A DNA stretch of 64,000 nucleotides from an uncultured bacterium (GCA_963843795.1 CAWJLW010000006.1:1426001-1490000); one strand, 5' to 3'; numbered from the stretch's first letter, positions 31,051 to 44,606 are shown. Notes: generated by a model not told the origin, from the sequence alone. Translations and numbers: made by a program.

Positions 31051-32664
31051 TCAATGTCCCATTTCGGCGCTTGGTGCCGCCGCTTTATTGGAGCGCAGCA
31101 ATAAAACAAAGGGCGATACGACAACCATTGCCAGTCCGATAAGAATGAAAGCATCATTATAGCTCATGATCGTCGCCTGATTTTGCACTGTGCGCGCGAC
31201 AATTTCCAATGCGGCCTGATGAGCGCGCTCGGTGCCGTAACCGCGCGCCATTAAACCCTGTTGTAAAGCCGCCATGCGCGACTCGAACGCCGGATTGCCG
31301 GGCGAAATGTGCGCGACGAGCGCGCTGGTGTGCACGGCGCTCTGGTTTGACAGATGAGTTCCCAGATAGGCAATTCCAAACGAACCGCCCAACTGTCGCA
31401 TCAAATTTAATAAGCTCGCGCCCTGAGCGATTTCCGCCCCTTCCAGCGAAGAGAACGCTGCTAAATTGATTGGTGTGAATAAACATCCCAATCCGAAACC
31501 GCGAATAATTAAGGCCAGTCTGGTGTCGGGTTCGCCGCTTTGTCCGGTCATGTGCCCCAAATCCCACATCGAAAGCACAAACAAAGCCATACCGAAAATA
31601 ATGATAACTTTAGGACTGACCATTTGCTTTTTGCCGTTCAATAAACGCCCGGAGATAATCGCACTGATGCCGGTCGCAATGGCGCCGGGCATCAGGACTA
31701 GGCCGGTCACAGTCGGGCTGAAGTGCAAAATATTTTGCGCGAACAGCGGGAAAATGAAAATTCCGCCATACAAGCCAAATCCTAAGGCTAAAAATAGCGT
31801 GAGAGCAGCGCTCAAATCGCGATTTTTTAACACGCGCAGATTGACAATTGGATGTTGATTTTTCGAAGACAGTTCCCACCAGAAGAACGCTGCCAGAGAA
31901 ACCGCTGCGACAATTGATAAACGCACAATCGTCGTGCTTTCAAACCAATCGTCCTGGTTGCCTTCTTCCAAAACGTATTGCAACGAACCCAGGCCTGCTG
32001 TTAGCAAACCCACTCCCCACCAATCGACTGTAGCCGTCTGCACTTTGAATTTGGTGTCTTGCAAAAAATTGACGACGATGAAGAGAGAAATCAAGCCCAG
32101 AGGGATATTGACGAAGAAAATCCACGGCCACGAATAATTGTCGGTAATCCAACCACCCAAAGTCGGCCCAATCGTGGGTGCGCAAATGATGCCCAGAATG
32201 TAAATCGACTGCACTAAACCTTGCTGTTCCTTGGGAAAAATTTCACGAATCGTCGCCTGCGCGGTAGAAAGCAAAGCTGCGCCGCCAGCGCCTTGCAAAA
32301 TGCGCCATAGCACGAGTTCGTGTAACGCACGCGAAGTCCCACAGAAAAACGAGGCAACTAAGAACAAAATAATCGAACCCGCGAGATAACGCTTGCGCCC
32401 AAAGCGCGACGAAAGCCACGCCGTCATCGGCAACACGATGACGTTGGCCAAAATGTAACCGGTCGAAACCCAGCCAATTTCCTGCGCCGTTGCGCCCAGA
32501 TTGCCTGCCATTTGCGGAAGCGCGACGTTGACGATAGTCGTGTCGAGCACTTCTAAAATCGCTCCCAGAATCAGGCCAGCCAGAATAATCCAGCGATACG
32601 GACTGAGTTCTTCAGTGATAGAATTGGGGCGAGAAGCGGTTTGCGTTGCGGTTTGTGTAGCCAT
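31051..32664 (-). CDS. DHA2 family MFS efflux permease (EmrB-like)
   Basis: LDTTIVNVALP, WVSTGY, RILQGAGG, GPTLGGWI, WIFFVNIP, RQLGGSFG. Confidence 0.93.
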   Translation of the reverse strand: MATQTATQTASRPNSITEELSPYRWIILAGLILGAILEVLDTTIVNVALPQMAGNLGATAQEIGWVSTGYILANVIVLPMTAWLSSRFGRKRYLAGSIILFLVASFFCGTSRALHELVLWRILQGAGGAALLSTAQATIREIFPKEQQGLVQSIYILGIICAPTIGPTLGGWITDNYSWPWIFFVNIPLGLISLFIVVNFLQDTKFKVQTATVDWWGVGLLTAGLGSLQYVLEEGNQDDWFESTTIVRLSIVAAVSLAAFFWWELSSKNQHPIVNLRVLKNRDLSAALTLFLALGFGLYGGIFIFPLFAQNILHFSPTVTGLVLMPGAIATGISAIISGRLLNGKKQMVSPKVIIIFGMALFVLSMWDLGHMTGQSGEPDTRLALIIRGFGLGCLFTPINLAAFSSLEGAEIAQGASLLNLMRQLGGSFGIAYLGTHLSNQSAVHTSALVAHISPGNPAFESRMAALQQGLMARGYGTERAHQAALEIVARTVQNQATIMSYNDAFILIGLAMVVVSPFVLLLRSNKAAAPSAEMGH

Positions 32665-32771
32665 GAGGAGTGAGCCAATCAATGTTGCAAGTACTTGCGA
32701 GAAAGTTTTGACGTATATGGTACCGACCGGATGAGTTACGCGAACCCTACGGGGCTTCCATCAATTCAATG

Positions 32772-34844
32772 TCATCGTGCCGCACGCTTGTTAAGCGGTC
32801 TATTTTTGACGGCTGCCGCTGTATCGACAACCGCAGTCACCGACATTCCCAAACGTAGCGGCGCTTCTGAATCGTTGGAATCGTCGATAGCAATTTTGAC
32901 TGGCACGCGCTGCACAACTTTGGTGAAATTGCCCGAAGCATTTTCTGGCGGCAAGAGGCTAAAAACCGCGCCGGTTCCGGCGCTGAAACTATCGATATGT
33001 CCGTGAAAAGTGTGGCCAGGATAAGCATCGACTTCGATTTCGGCCGGACTGCCCGGCTTCATCCCGTTCAACTGGGTTTCTTTGAAATTCGCTGTCACAT
33101 AAACCGAACCCAAATCGCTCACGACCATCAGCGATTGTCCGTTTTGCACGGTTTGTCCCGCCATTACGTTTTTGCTCGCAACCACGCCATCGTGCGGCGC
33201 GACAATATTGGTGTAAGACAATTGCAGCAAAAGTTCATCGACGCGTGCGCGCGCCTGACGTACTTTACCGGTTGCGGCCAACGCTTGCGCCTTGCTCACG
33301 CCAATTTGTTGGGGCGCGGTCGCCGTATTTTGCAAGGCGGCCTGTGCCTGTGCGATTTTCGCGCGTTGGGCATCGACATCGGCCTGCAATGCGGCAGCAT
33401 TGCGACGTGCTTCTTCGATGCCGGTTGTGGCCTGCGTGACTTTGGCGCGTTCGCCACCTACTCCCGCTTGCAACGCCGCATAATTGCCGCGCGCGGCTTG
33501 AACTGCAGCTTGCGCTTGTTTGATCTTGGCTTGCTGGCCCGCGACATCGGCGCGCAAAGCCGCGGCATTTTGGCGGGCCTGTTCCAAACCAGCGCGCGCC
33601 TGATTTTCTTTGGCTTGTGCCGCGCGCACCGCGTCGCCGGAATTTTGTCCGCTGACTTCGGCCTGCTTGAGAGCGCTCTGCGCTTGATTACGCCGCGCAA
33701 CGGCTTGACCGATTCCGGATTGTGCGGTTTCTACGTTCGATTCGGCGCGCGTCACATCCGATTGGGCCGCCTGCAATTTCTGGCGCGCTGCGTTGGCCGT
33801 CGCGCGAGCCGTTGTGAGAGCTTCCTGTGCGACTTCGATTTGCACGCGCGGCCCCGCATCGCCCTGATACAAGAATTTAGCGCGATCTGAATCGGCCTGC
33901 GCTTGTTGGGCGCGCGCATCGGCGGTCGTGATGTCGGCTCTGGCAACACCAACGGCATTACGCGCTGCGGCAACTTGCGCCTGTGTGCTTACCAAGGTTT
34001 GGCGCGCTACTGAAATACCCGCTTCGGCTTCGATCACTGCTTCGCGCGCTGCCGAAACTCCCGCTCCGGTTGCGCCAATATTATTCTTCGCATCGCTGAC
34101 GGCTTCCTGCGCCGCAGCCACAGCGGCCTGTGCCGCAGCGATCTGCGCCTGCCCGACTTTTACCTGTTTCTCGGCTGCCAGCTCTTGCGCTTGTGCCGCG
34201 CGCACGGCAGCTTGAGCCGATGGCAAATCGGACGCGCCCGCGATGGCTTGCTGGCGGGCGGTTTCGGTTCCTGCGCGCGCCACGCCCACAGCGGCTTGCG
34301 CGGCGGGAACTTGCGATTGCGCGGCCTGCGCTTGTTGGCGCGCGGCTTCGACCTGAGCACGCGCGATTGCCACCCCGGCCTGCGCCTGCGAAGTCGCCGA
34401 ACCGGTCGATTGCTGCGTGATTGTCACATTGACGCCCGCCGCGCGTGCGTTGGCTTCTTCGGTCGCCAAGACCGCGCGTGCCTGTGCCAGTTGCGAGCGA
34501 ATATCGCGCGCATCCAAAGTCGCCAGCAAATCGCCCTGCTTCACTACATCATTGCTTTCGACCAGAACTTTGTCGATGCGCCCGCCAATTTTCGAGCTAA
34601 TCGCGTAATTATCGCCGTTCACAGCGGCGTCATCGGTTGCGGCATGGCTGCGCGAATAAGCCAGCAATCGCGTTCCCCAAATCGCGCCACCTAAAAGCAC
34701 AATCGCTAGCGCCGCATAAATCAGTGGGCGCTTGTTGCCCGCTTTGGCTTTCGCTTTGGGTTCGGCGCCGAATTCGGCTTCGGATTCTGCCGGCACCTCC
34801 GCTTCCTTATTCGGCACTAAATTGTCGTTTTCCTTTTTACCCAT
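32772..34844 (-). CDS. HlyD/EmrA family periplasmic adaptor with very long coiled-coil hairpin
   Basis: TM helix, TDDA, lipoyl halves (VKQGDLLATLD / IVAPHDGVV), ANFKETQL, PPENASGNFTKVVQRVPV. Confidence 0.93.
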   Translation of the reverse strand: MGKKENDNLVPNKEAEVPAESEAEFGAEPKAKAKAGNKRPLIYAALAIVLLGGAIWGTRLLAYSRSHAATDDAAVNGDNYAISSKIGGRIDKVLVESNDVVKQGDLLATLDARDIRSQLAQARAVLATEEANARAAGVNVTITQQSTGSATSQAQAGVAIARAQVEAARQQAQAAQSQVPAAQAAVGVARAGTETARQQAIAGASDLPSAQAAVRAAQAQELAAEKQVKVGQAQIAAAQAAVAAAQEAVSDAKNNIGATGAGVSAAREAVIEAEAGISVARQTLVSTQAQVAAARNAVGVARADITTADARAQQAQADSDRAKFLYQGDAGPRVQIEVAQEALTTARATANAARQKLQAAQSDVTRAESNVETAQSGIGQAVARRNQAQSALKQAEVSGQNSGDAVRAAQAKENQARAGLEQARQNAAALRADVAGQQAKIKQAQAAVQAARGNYAALQAGVGGERAKVTQATTGIEEARRNAAALQADVDAQRAKIAQAQAALQNTATAPQQIGVSKAQALAATGKVRQARARVDELLLQLSYTNIVAPHDGVVASKNVMAGQTVQNGQSLMVVSDLGSVYVTANFKETQLNGMKPGSPAEIEVDAYPGHTFHGHIDSFSAGTGAVFSLLPPENASGNFTKVVQRVPVKIAIDDSNDSEAPLRLGMSVTAVVDTAAAVKNRPLNKRAAR

Positions 34845-35253
34845 TGAGATTTTTCTCCACTTTCTCCATAATTGCGACAAGTTGTTCTTGTTGCTTTGCG
34901 CTCAGTCCGTTCATCGCTTGGCGATTGATTTCCTGAATGATATTTGTCAGCGGCGCTTCAAGAGCACGTCCGGCATCGGTCAGCCAAATTTTCACTGCGC
35001 GCCTGTCCTGCTGGCTACGCTCACGTCGAATCAAATTCTTTTTCTCCAGCCGATCCAGAATGCCGGTCAACGTGCCGCCATCACTGCTGGCGTCTTGAGT
35101 CAATAAGGCAGTTGTGATGCCATCGCCTTCCCACAAACGCTTCAAAACCGGTAGTTGCGCTGCCGTGATGTCCAGCGCCGCCGCGCGTAACTCGAATTCG
35201 CGACGCAACGCCTTGCGTATGCACACGACTCGAAGAATGAAATTTGATGACAT
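34837..35253 (-). CDS. MarR family transcriptional regulator
   Basis: ITAAQLPVL, LTGILDRLEKKNLIRR, DRRAVKIWLTDAG. Confidence 0.93.
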   Translation of the reverse strand: MSSNFILRVVCIRKALRREFELRAAALDITAAQLPVLKRLWEGDGITTALLTQDASSDGGTLTGILDRLEKKNLIRRERSQQDRRAVKIWLTDAGRALEAPLTNIIQEINRQAMNGLSAKQQEQLVAIMEKVEKNLNG

Positions 35254-35273
35254 TTTGAAGATCCTGTTTAGTA

Positions 35274-35298
35274 AGTATGCAAATACTACGTATGCAAA
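35274..35298. promoter_or_regulatory. Putative MarR operator
   Basis: AGTAT-GCAA-ATACT inverted repeat plus GTATGCAAA direct repeat (15-bp period) just upstream of marR. Confidence 0.4.
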
Positions 35299-35464
35299 GT
35301 AAATGCGTTGCGCAAGTTTTTTCTGGAGAATTTGCAAATAGTTTGATGAGCAAAACGCAAAGGCCGCTGCAAGTACTTGCAACGGCCTTTGGCATCAGAT
35401 TTTTTGATTAAGTTGTCCTGCAAGTACTTGCAGTGCGGTGCTTTTGCGCCAATCGAGGGCGTCT

Positions 35465-35566
35465 TGAGGGTGCGGGTCTCCGACCTGCCCGTGTCGAGCG
35501 CCAGTTGTGTCCATCAAAAGAACATTCGTGAATTGGAACAGGGCGGGTCGGAAACCCGCACCCTAC
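35465..35566. mobile_element. REPIN-like inverted doublet of GTAG-type REP
   Basis: TGAGGGTGCGGGTCTCCGACCTGCCC (35465-35490) and GGGCGGGTCGGAAACCCGCACCCTAC (35541-35566, reverse complement begins GTAG), 50-bp spacer. Confidence 0.7.
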
Positions 35567-35632
35567 AAAGTCAAGAGAATGTAGCAACTTTTAGATCAGC
35601 AAGTACTTGCAAGGCAATATGTAGCTTCCGAT

Positions 35633-39460
<3,828 letters not shown>

Positions 39461-39756
39461 TTAATGGCGTTGAGTCAGTTTAATCTGTGTCACGCAAGTT
39501 GTCGCCGAAAAACAAATTTATTCGTGCGGAAACTTGAAATTAACCTCTGCGCAATTTAATCGGTTTCTCCCCTTTCTATGCTTCGTGTAACACGCGCGAA
39601 ACGCAAATTTCACGCAGAAAAAACTTGCGTGGCCCTGCCCAAAGCGAGATGCCCGCGCACTTTCTAAGATGTGCCGAACGGCAACGATTTTTAAATTTTT
39701 ACTCACTTAGTAATGTCGTGTACGGCAAGTACTTGCTGTACACGACGAGGAATTTT

Positions 39757-41562
39757 ATGGAAGCGCAAGATTTCACGCCCGAACAAAAACAATATTTACA
39801 GGGCTTTCTTTCCGGCGCCAATGTCTTGGGTCGCCGCAACTATTTGTCCGCCGCACAGCCCGTTTCCAATGATGTAGTTGATGATGTGCATCCGGATGCG
39901 CCAAGTTTGCGGGCGCAAAATCGCGTCATTGCGCGCGGCGAAATCTTGACCGAACAGGAAGCCGCGCGGCGCATCAAAAATCCCTTGGATCAATGGGACG
40001 AAATTAGCGCCCTGGCTATCGCCGGTAAGTTTCCCAAAGGGATCGATGTTCTATCGCTCAAATATTGGGGCTTGTTTTACACTTCGCCGGCACAAAATGC
40101 TTACATGACGCGCCTGCGCTTTCCCGGCGGATTAATCAGCGCGGCGCAAATGCGTTGCGCGGCACATATCGCGCGCGATTACGGCGGCGGTTACGCGCAC
40201 GTCACGACGCGCTCGAATTTGCAAATGCGCGAAATCGGTGCGGCGCACGCGGTCGATGTCATAATCGATTTGTGCGAAGCGGGCATTCTGAACAAAGGCT
40301 CTGGCGCGGATAACATTCGTAACGTGACGGGAAGCCCAACGGCGGGAATCGACGCGCAGGAATTGTATGACACGCGCACGCTCACGCGTGCTATGAACCA
40401 TTACATTCTCAATCACCGCGAAATGTACGGCTTGCCGCGTAAATTCAACATTGCTTTTGATGGCGGCGGCATCGTTTCCACCCTCGAAGACACCAACGAT
40501 ATCGGTTTTTTCGCCGTGCAAGTACTTGCAGGTCACAAAGACGAAAGCGGCGCAACGATAGAACCCGGCATTTACTTTCGCATGGCATTGGGCGGCATCA
40601 CCGGCCATCGAGATTTCGCTCGCGATGTGGGAATTCTACTAACGCCCGAACAATGTGTGTCGATGGCCGCTGCTGTGGTGCGCGTTTTCATTGATGAAGG
40701 CGACCGCACCGACCGCAAAAAGGCGCGCCTTAAATACGTTTTAGACCGTTTGGGTTTGGACGAATTCATGACCTTGACGCCCCCTTATATGAATTTCGTG
40801 CCGCGCCGTTTGCCCCTTGGAGAATGTGAGCCGCGCCCAAGTTTCGACCGTTTGGCGCATATCGGCGTGCATCCGCAAAAGCAGAAGGGCCTGTTCTATA
40901 TCGGCGTGGTTTTGCCGGTTGGAAAACTCGAAGCCGAACAATTGGAAGGTTTGGCCGCGTTGAGCGAACGTTTCGGCAGCGGCATCATTCGCTTAACGCC
41001 ATGGCAGAACTTACTGATTTCCGACGTTGAAAAAGTTCATGTTGAGACAGTCAAAAATGAATTGGAATCGATGGGATTGCATTGGAGCGCGACCAATGTG
41101 CGCGCAGGCCTGGTCGCTTGCACAGGCAATTTCGGCTGCAAGTTCGCCTTGGCCAACACTAAAAGCACGGCGATGGAAATCGCCGCATATGTCGAAGAAC
41201 GCCTGACTCTGGATACGCCGCTGAACATTCACGTCACCGGCTGTCCCAATTCCTGCGCGCAGCATTATATCGGCGATATCGGCTTGCTGGGCGTGAAAGT
41301 CGAAGTTGATGAGGAGATGGTGGATGGTTATCACATTTTCGTTGGCGGAGGCTTTGGCCCGGACGCGGCGGTTGGGCGTTTGGTGCAAGAAAATATTGTG
41401 TCGAGCGATGCGCCGCGCGCGATTGAGAAAATGCTGACGATTTATTTGAATGCGCGCGCGGACGGCGAAACTTTTTTGGCATGGACGCGCCGCCATGAAA
41501 CAGAAGAATTGTGCGCGATTTTTAATGCGCCTGTTGAAGCTGGAGAATTGGTCGCGGTTTGA
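39757..41562 (+). CDS. nirA: NirA family siroheme nitrite/sulfite reductase
   Basis: TTRSNLQ, DNIRNV, LPRKFNI, ACTGNFGC and GCPNSC siroheme/4Fe-4S ligands; GAGG RBS. Confidence 0.88.
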   Translation: MEAQDFTPEQKQYLQGFLSGANVLGRRNYLSAAQPVSNDVVDDVHPDAPSLRAQNRVIARGEILTEQEAARRIKNPLDQWDEISALAIAGKFPKGIDVLSLKYWGLFYTSPAQNAYMTRLRFPGGLISAAQMRCAAHIARDYGGGYAHVTTRSNLQMREIGAAHAVDVIIDLCEAGILNKGSGADNIRNVTGSPTAGIDAQELYDTRTLTRAMNHYILNHREMYGLPRKFNIAFDGGGIVSTLEDTNDIGFFAVQVLAGHKDESGATIEPGIYFRMALGGITGHRDFARDVGILLTPEQCVSMAAAVVRVFIDEGDRTDRKKARLKYVLDRLGLDEFMTLTPPYMNFVPRRLPLGECEPRPSFDRLAHIGVHPQKQKGLFYIGVVLPVGKLEAEQLEGLAALSERFGSGIIRLTPWQNLLISDVEKVHVETVKNELESMGLHWSATNVRAGLVACTGNFGCKFALANTKSTAMEIAAYVEERLTLDTPLNIHVTGCPNSCAQHYIGDIGLLGVKVEVDEEMVDGYHIFVGGGFGPDAAVGRLVQENIVSSDAPRAIEKMLTIYLNARADGETFLAWTRRHETEELCAIFNAPVEAGELVAV

Positions 41563-41616
41563 CAGTGATAAGGGTGATCTGCAAGTACTTGCAGAGCCGA
41601 ATTTTAAAGGTTTTCT

Positions 41617-42102
41617 ATGGCAATTCCAGTTTTACCGCCCAGTGCGCCGTTCAATTCCGAACAACGCGCGTGGCTCAATGGTTTTTTGGCAGCTGTGCTG
41701 TACCAAGAAAGCGAATGCGATGGCGCGGTGGCTTATGCCAACGATGAGCGCAGTTTGAATCGCATCGGCTCGGATTCTGGCGGCGATACGATTGTCGTGC
41801 CGCCGACTTCGGCTGCTGCTCTCAACGGAAGCGCGAGCGCTGGGGACAGTGCACACGGCGACGATTTCTTGTGGCACGATCCGGCTTTGGAGTTGGATGA
41901 GCGCATGGAAATGGTGCAAAACGAGCCGTTGCCGCTTCAATTGATGGCGGCCATGGCGCAACTCGATTGCGGGCAGTGCGGTTATTTATGCAACACCTAC
42001 GCGGCGGCAATTGCCGATGGCAGCGAGAAAAGTTTGAAGAAATGCGTGCCAGGCGAAAAAGCGACTGCTAACAAATTAAAAGAACTGATGGCCGCCTCTT
42101 GA
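41617..42102 (+). CDS. Fe-S cluster protein (RnfB-like FeS domain)
   Basis: WHDPAL, MAAMAQLDCGQCGYLCNTYA...CVPG. Confidence 0.8.
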   Translation: MAIPVLPPSAPFNSEQRAWLNGFLAAVLYQESECDGAVAYANDERSLNRIGSDSGGDTIVVPPTSAAALNGSASAGDSAHGDDFLWHDPALELDERMEMVQNEPLPLQLMAAMAQLDCGQCGYLCNTYAAAIADGSEKSLKKCVPGEKATANKLKELMAAS

Positions 42103-42142
42103 AGCTACATTTTAAAACGTTGTTCTATAGAACTCCCCAATA

Positions 42143-43456
42143 ATGACACAAATTCTTCCCGACGACGCCCCTTTTTCCGACACGCAGCGTTCGTGGCTCG
42201 ACGGCTTTTTTTCGGCTGCGCTGAAATTGGAACCTAAGGCCCCTGCTCCCATTGGCGCCAAAGCTCCACCGCTCGAAATCGAAATGAAAGCGCCGCAGAG
42301 AACGGTACCTGCTCCGAAAATCGCGGCGTATGATCGCGAACACCCGTTTCCCGCCCGCATTGTTCACGTCACACGTCTGTGCGGCGAAGATTCGCAAAAA
42401 GATGTGCGCGCGATTGCTCTCAGTCTCAAAGGAAGCGGACTGAAATATACCGTCGGCGATGCGCTCGGCGTTTATCCCGAAAACGAACACGAATTAGTCG
42501 AGCAACTACTTGCAGCATTGGGCGCGAGTGGCGAAGAACCGGTCGTGACACCAGACAGTCGCGTGGTTCCGATGCGCATTGCCTTACTTCTCGGCTACGA
42601 TATTACACGCGTGGGCGAGGATTTACTGCAACTTTTGGCGCGCACTTCGGGCGATGATGGCGCCGCCGCAACGCTTCAAGAACTGGCCGATGATGATAAA
42701 AACAGTTGGCTCGAAGGCCGCGATGTGCTGGATGTGTTGCAGCGTTTTCCATCTTCGACCGCGACGCCCGAAGAAATCGTGGCGTCGCTGTCTCCTTTGC
42801 AACCGCGTTTGTATTCCATCGCGTCTTCACAAAATGCCCATCCCGATGAGGTGCATCTCACGGTTGGAGTGGTGCGCTATTACGCTGGTCAACGCGCGCG
42901 CAAAGGCGTAGCTTCGACCTATTTATCAGAAAATAGCACGCTGGACTTGGGCCGTCGCGTCGGGGTTTTCGTGCATCCCGCGCCCGGTTTTCGCTTGCCC
43001 GAAGATGGCAACACGCCGATCATTATGGTCGGGCCGGGCACTGGCATCGCGCCTTTTCGCGCTTTTTTGCAGGAGCGACGCGCGATGAAAACGAGCGGGA
43101 AAAATTGGCTGTTTTTCGGTGATCAGCGCCAGCACTGCGATTATCTTTATCGCAGCGAACTGGAAGAATTTCTGTCCGATACCACATTGGCGCGCCTGGA
43201 TACGGCGTTTTCACGCGATCAGGACGAGAAAATTTACGTGCAAAACCGGATGCTGGAAAACGGCGCTGAAATTTGGCATTGGCTCGAAGAAGGCGCGCAT
43301 TTTTATGTTTGTGGCGATGCTAAACGTATGGCTAAAGATGTCGATAACGCGCTGCGCGACCTTGTGGCGGAACACGGACAAATGAGCGAAGGAGAAGCGC
43401 GCGAATTTGTGCAGGGCCTGACTAAAGCCCGGCGCTATCAACGCGATGTGTATTGA
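42143..43456 (+). CDS. Sulfite reductase alpha-like FAD/NADPH flavoprotein lacking flavodoxin domain
   Basis: PRLYSIASS, GVASTY, GPGTGIAPFR, YVCGDA, RYQRDVY. Confidence 0.9.
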   Translation: MTQILPDDAPFSDTQRSWLDGFFSAALKLEPKAPAPIGAKAPPLEIEMKAPQRTVPAPKIAAYDREHPFPARIVHVTRLCGEDSQKDVRAIALSLKGSGLKYTVGDALGVYPENEHELVEQLLAALGASGEEPVVTPDSRVVPMRIALLLGYDITRVGEDLLQLLARTSGDDGAAATLQELADDDKNSWLEGRDVLDVLQRFPSSTATPEEIVASLSPLQPRLYSIASSQNAHPDEVHLTVGVVRYYAGQRARKGVASTYLSENSTLDLGRRVGVFVHPAPGFRLPEDGNTPIIMVGPGTGIAPFRAFLQERRAMKTSGKNWLFFGDQRQHCDYLYRSELEEFLSDTTLARLDTAFSRDQDEKIYVQNRMLENGAEIWHWLEEGAHFYVCGDAKRMAKDVDNALRDLVAEHGQMSEGEAREFVQGLTKARRYQRDVY

Positions 43457-43552
43457 GTTTTGGGCGCTGCCTTGATTTGAACGCCCGCAAGTACTTGTGG
43501 GCGTTTTGCTTGCTATTTGACAGCTTCGGTTTAACTCGTTTAAATCAAATGT

Positions 43553-44530
43553 ATGAGTGAGTTTTTGAATTATTCCAATCCGGTTTGGGACGGTTACTGC
43601 GCCGATCCTTTTGTGCTACGTTTCAACAATTTCTATTATGCCTATGGAACGGGCGGGCAGAATCAGCAAATGCAAGGGCGCCAATTCGTTTTACTGCGTT
43701 CGCACGATTTGGTGACGTGGGAGTTTGTGGGCGGCGCTTTAGAGCCGATGAAAGGCTACGAAAAGGCCGCGCACTGGGCGCCCGAAGTCGCGTATGCCAA
43801 CGGCAAATTTTGGATGTATTATTCGGCTGCCGCACCCGACACCGATGATTCCACACATCGTTTGCGCGTGGCTATGGCCGATAACCCAGAAGGCCCATTT
43901 CGCGATTGTGGAAAAGAATTGTTGCCCGATGAAGGTTTCACGATTGACGCCAGTCCGTTTTGTGACCCGCGCGATGGGCAATGGTATCTTTATTTTTGCC
44001 GCGATAATTTTGACAATCGACCCGGAACGGGCACGGCAGTAGTGAAATTAGATTCCGATATGATGACCGCCAGCAGCGAGCCGATTTCGGTAGTTGTGGC
44101 GCACTCCGACTGGCATATCAGCGCGCGCAATCGCCAGCATTACGAGCGCGAATGGAAAGAATGGCACACCGTCGAGGGCGCGCAGGTGGTGTTCAAAAAC
44201 GGTTTGTACTACTGCTTTTATTCGGGAGGCGCGTGGCAAAACGAAACTTACGGCGTTTCTTATGCGACCGCCGAACATCCTCTGGGGCCATGGCGCGATG
44301 AATGGAGTGCAGACGGGCCGCAAGTTTTGCAGGGCGCGCCGCCGCACATCATCGGGCCGGGCCATAATTCGATTACCGTTGCGCCTGATGGTGAAACTTT
44401 GGTTTGCGTTTATCACGCGTGGGACGAAGATTTCACCGCCCGGCGTTTGTGCATTGACCCGATAGAATGGACAGATAATGGTCCACATGTTACGCCAACG
44501 TGGAGAAACGGCCGTCTGCCGATTTCTTAA
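43553..44530 (+). CDS. GH43 glycoside hydrolase
   Basis: ADPFV, WAPEV, IDASPF, EGAQV, GPGHNS. Confidence 0.92.
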   Translation: MSEFLNYSNPVWDGYCADPFVLRFNNFYYAYGTGGQNQQMQGRQFVLLRSHDLVTWEFVGGALEPMKGYEKAAHWAPEVAYANGKFWMYYSAAAPDTDDSTHRLRVAMADNPEGPFRDCGKELLPDEGFTIDASPFCDPRDGQWYLYFCRDNFDNRPGTGTAVVKLDSDMMTASSEPISVVVAHSDWHISARNRQHYEREWKEWHTVEGAQVVFKNGLYYCFYSGGAWQNETYGVSYATAEHPLGPWRDEWSADGPQVLQGAPPHIIGPGHNSITVAPDGETLVCVYHAWDEDFTARRLCIDPIEWTDNGPHVTPTWRNGRLPIS

Positions 44531-44547
44531 AGCGGAAAGTTTTGAAG

Positions 44548-44595
44548 AAAAAGCGCGCTGCAGGTACTTGTGCAAGTACTTGCAGCGCGCTTTTT
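44548..44595. terminator. Bidirectional hairpin with two cores
   Basis: AAAAAGCGCGCTGCAGGTACTTG-TG-CAAGTACTTGCAGCGCGCTTTTT between convergent genes. Confidence 0.8.
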
Positions 44596-44606
44596 GTGTT
44601 TAAACG

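Noticed and set aside
35253..35382. N-terminal ORF extensions containing QVLA/KYL/ASTC (marR, GH2, nirA, sulfatase, 50698, 53910)
   Set aside because: These run through intergenic palindromes. Downstream ATGs fit RBS and domain starts better, so they were not counted as coding copies.
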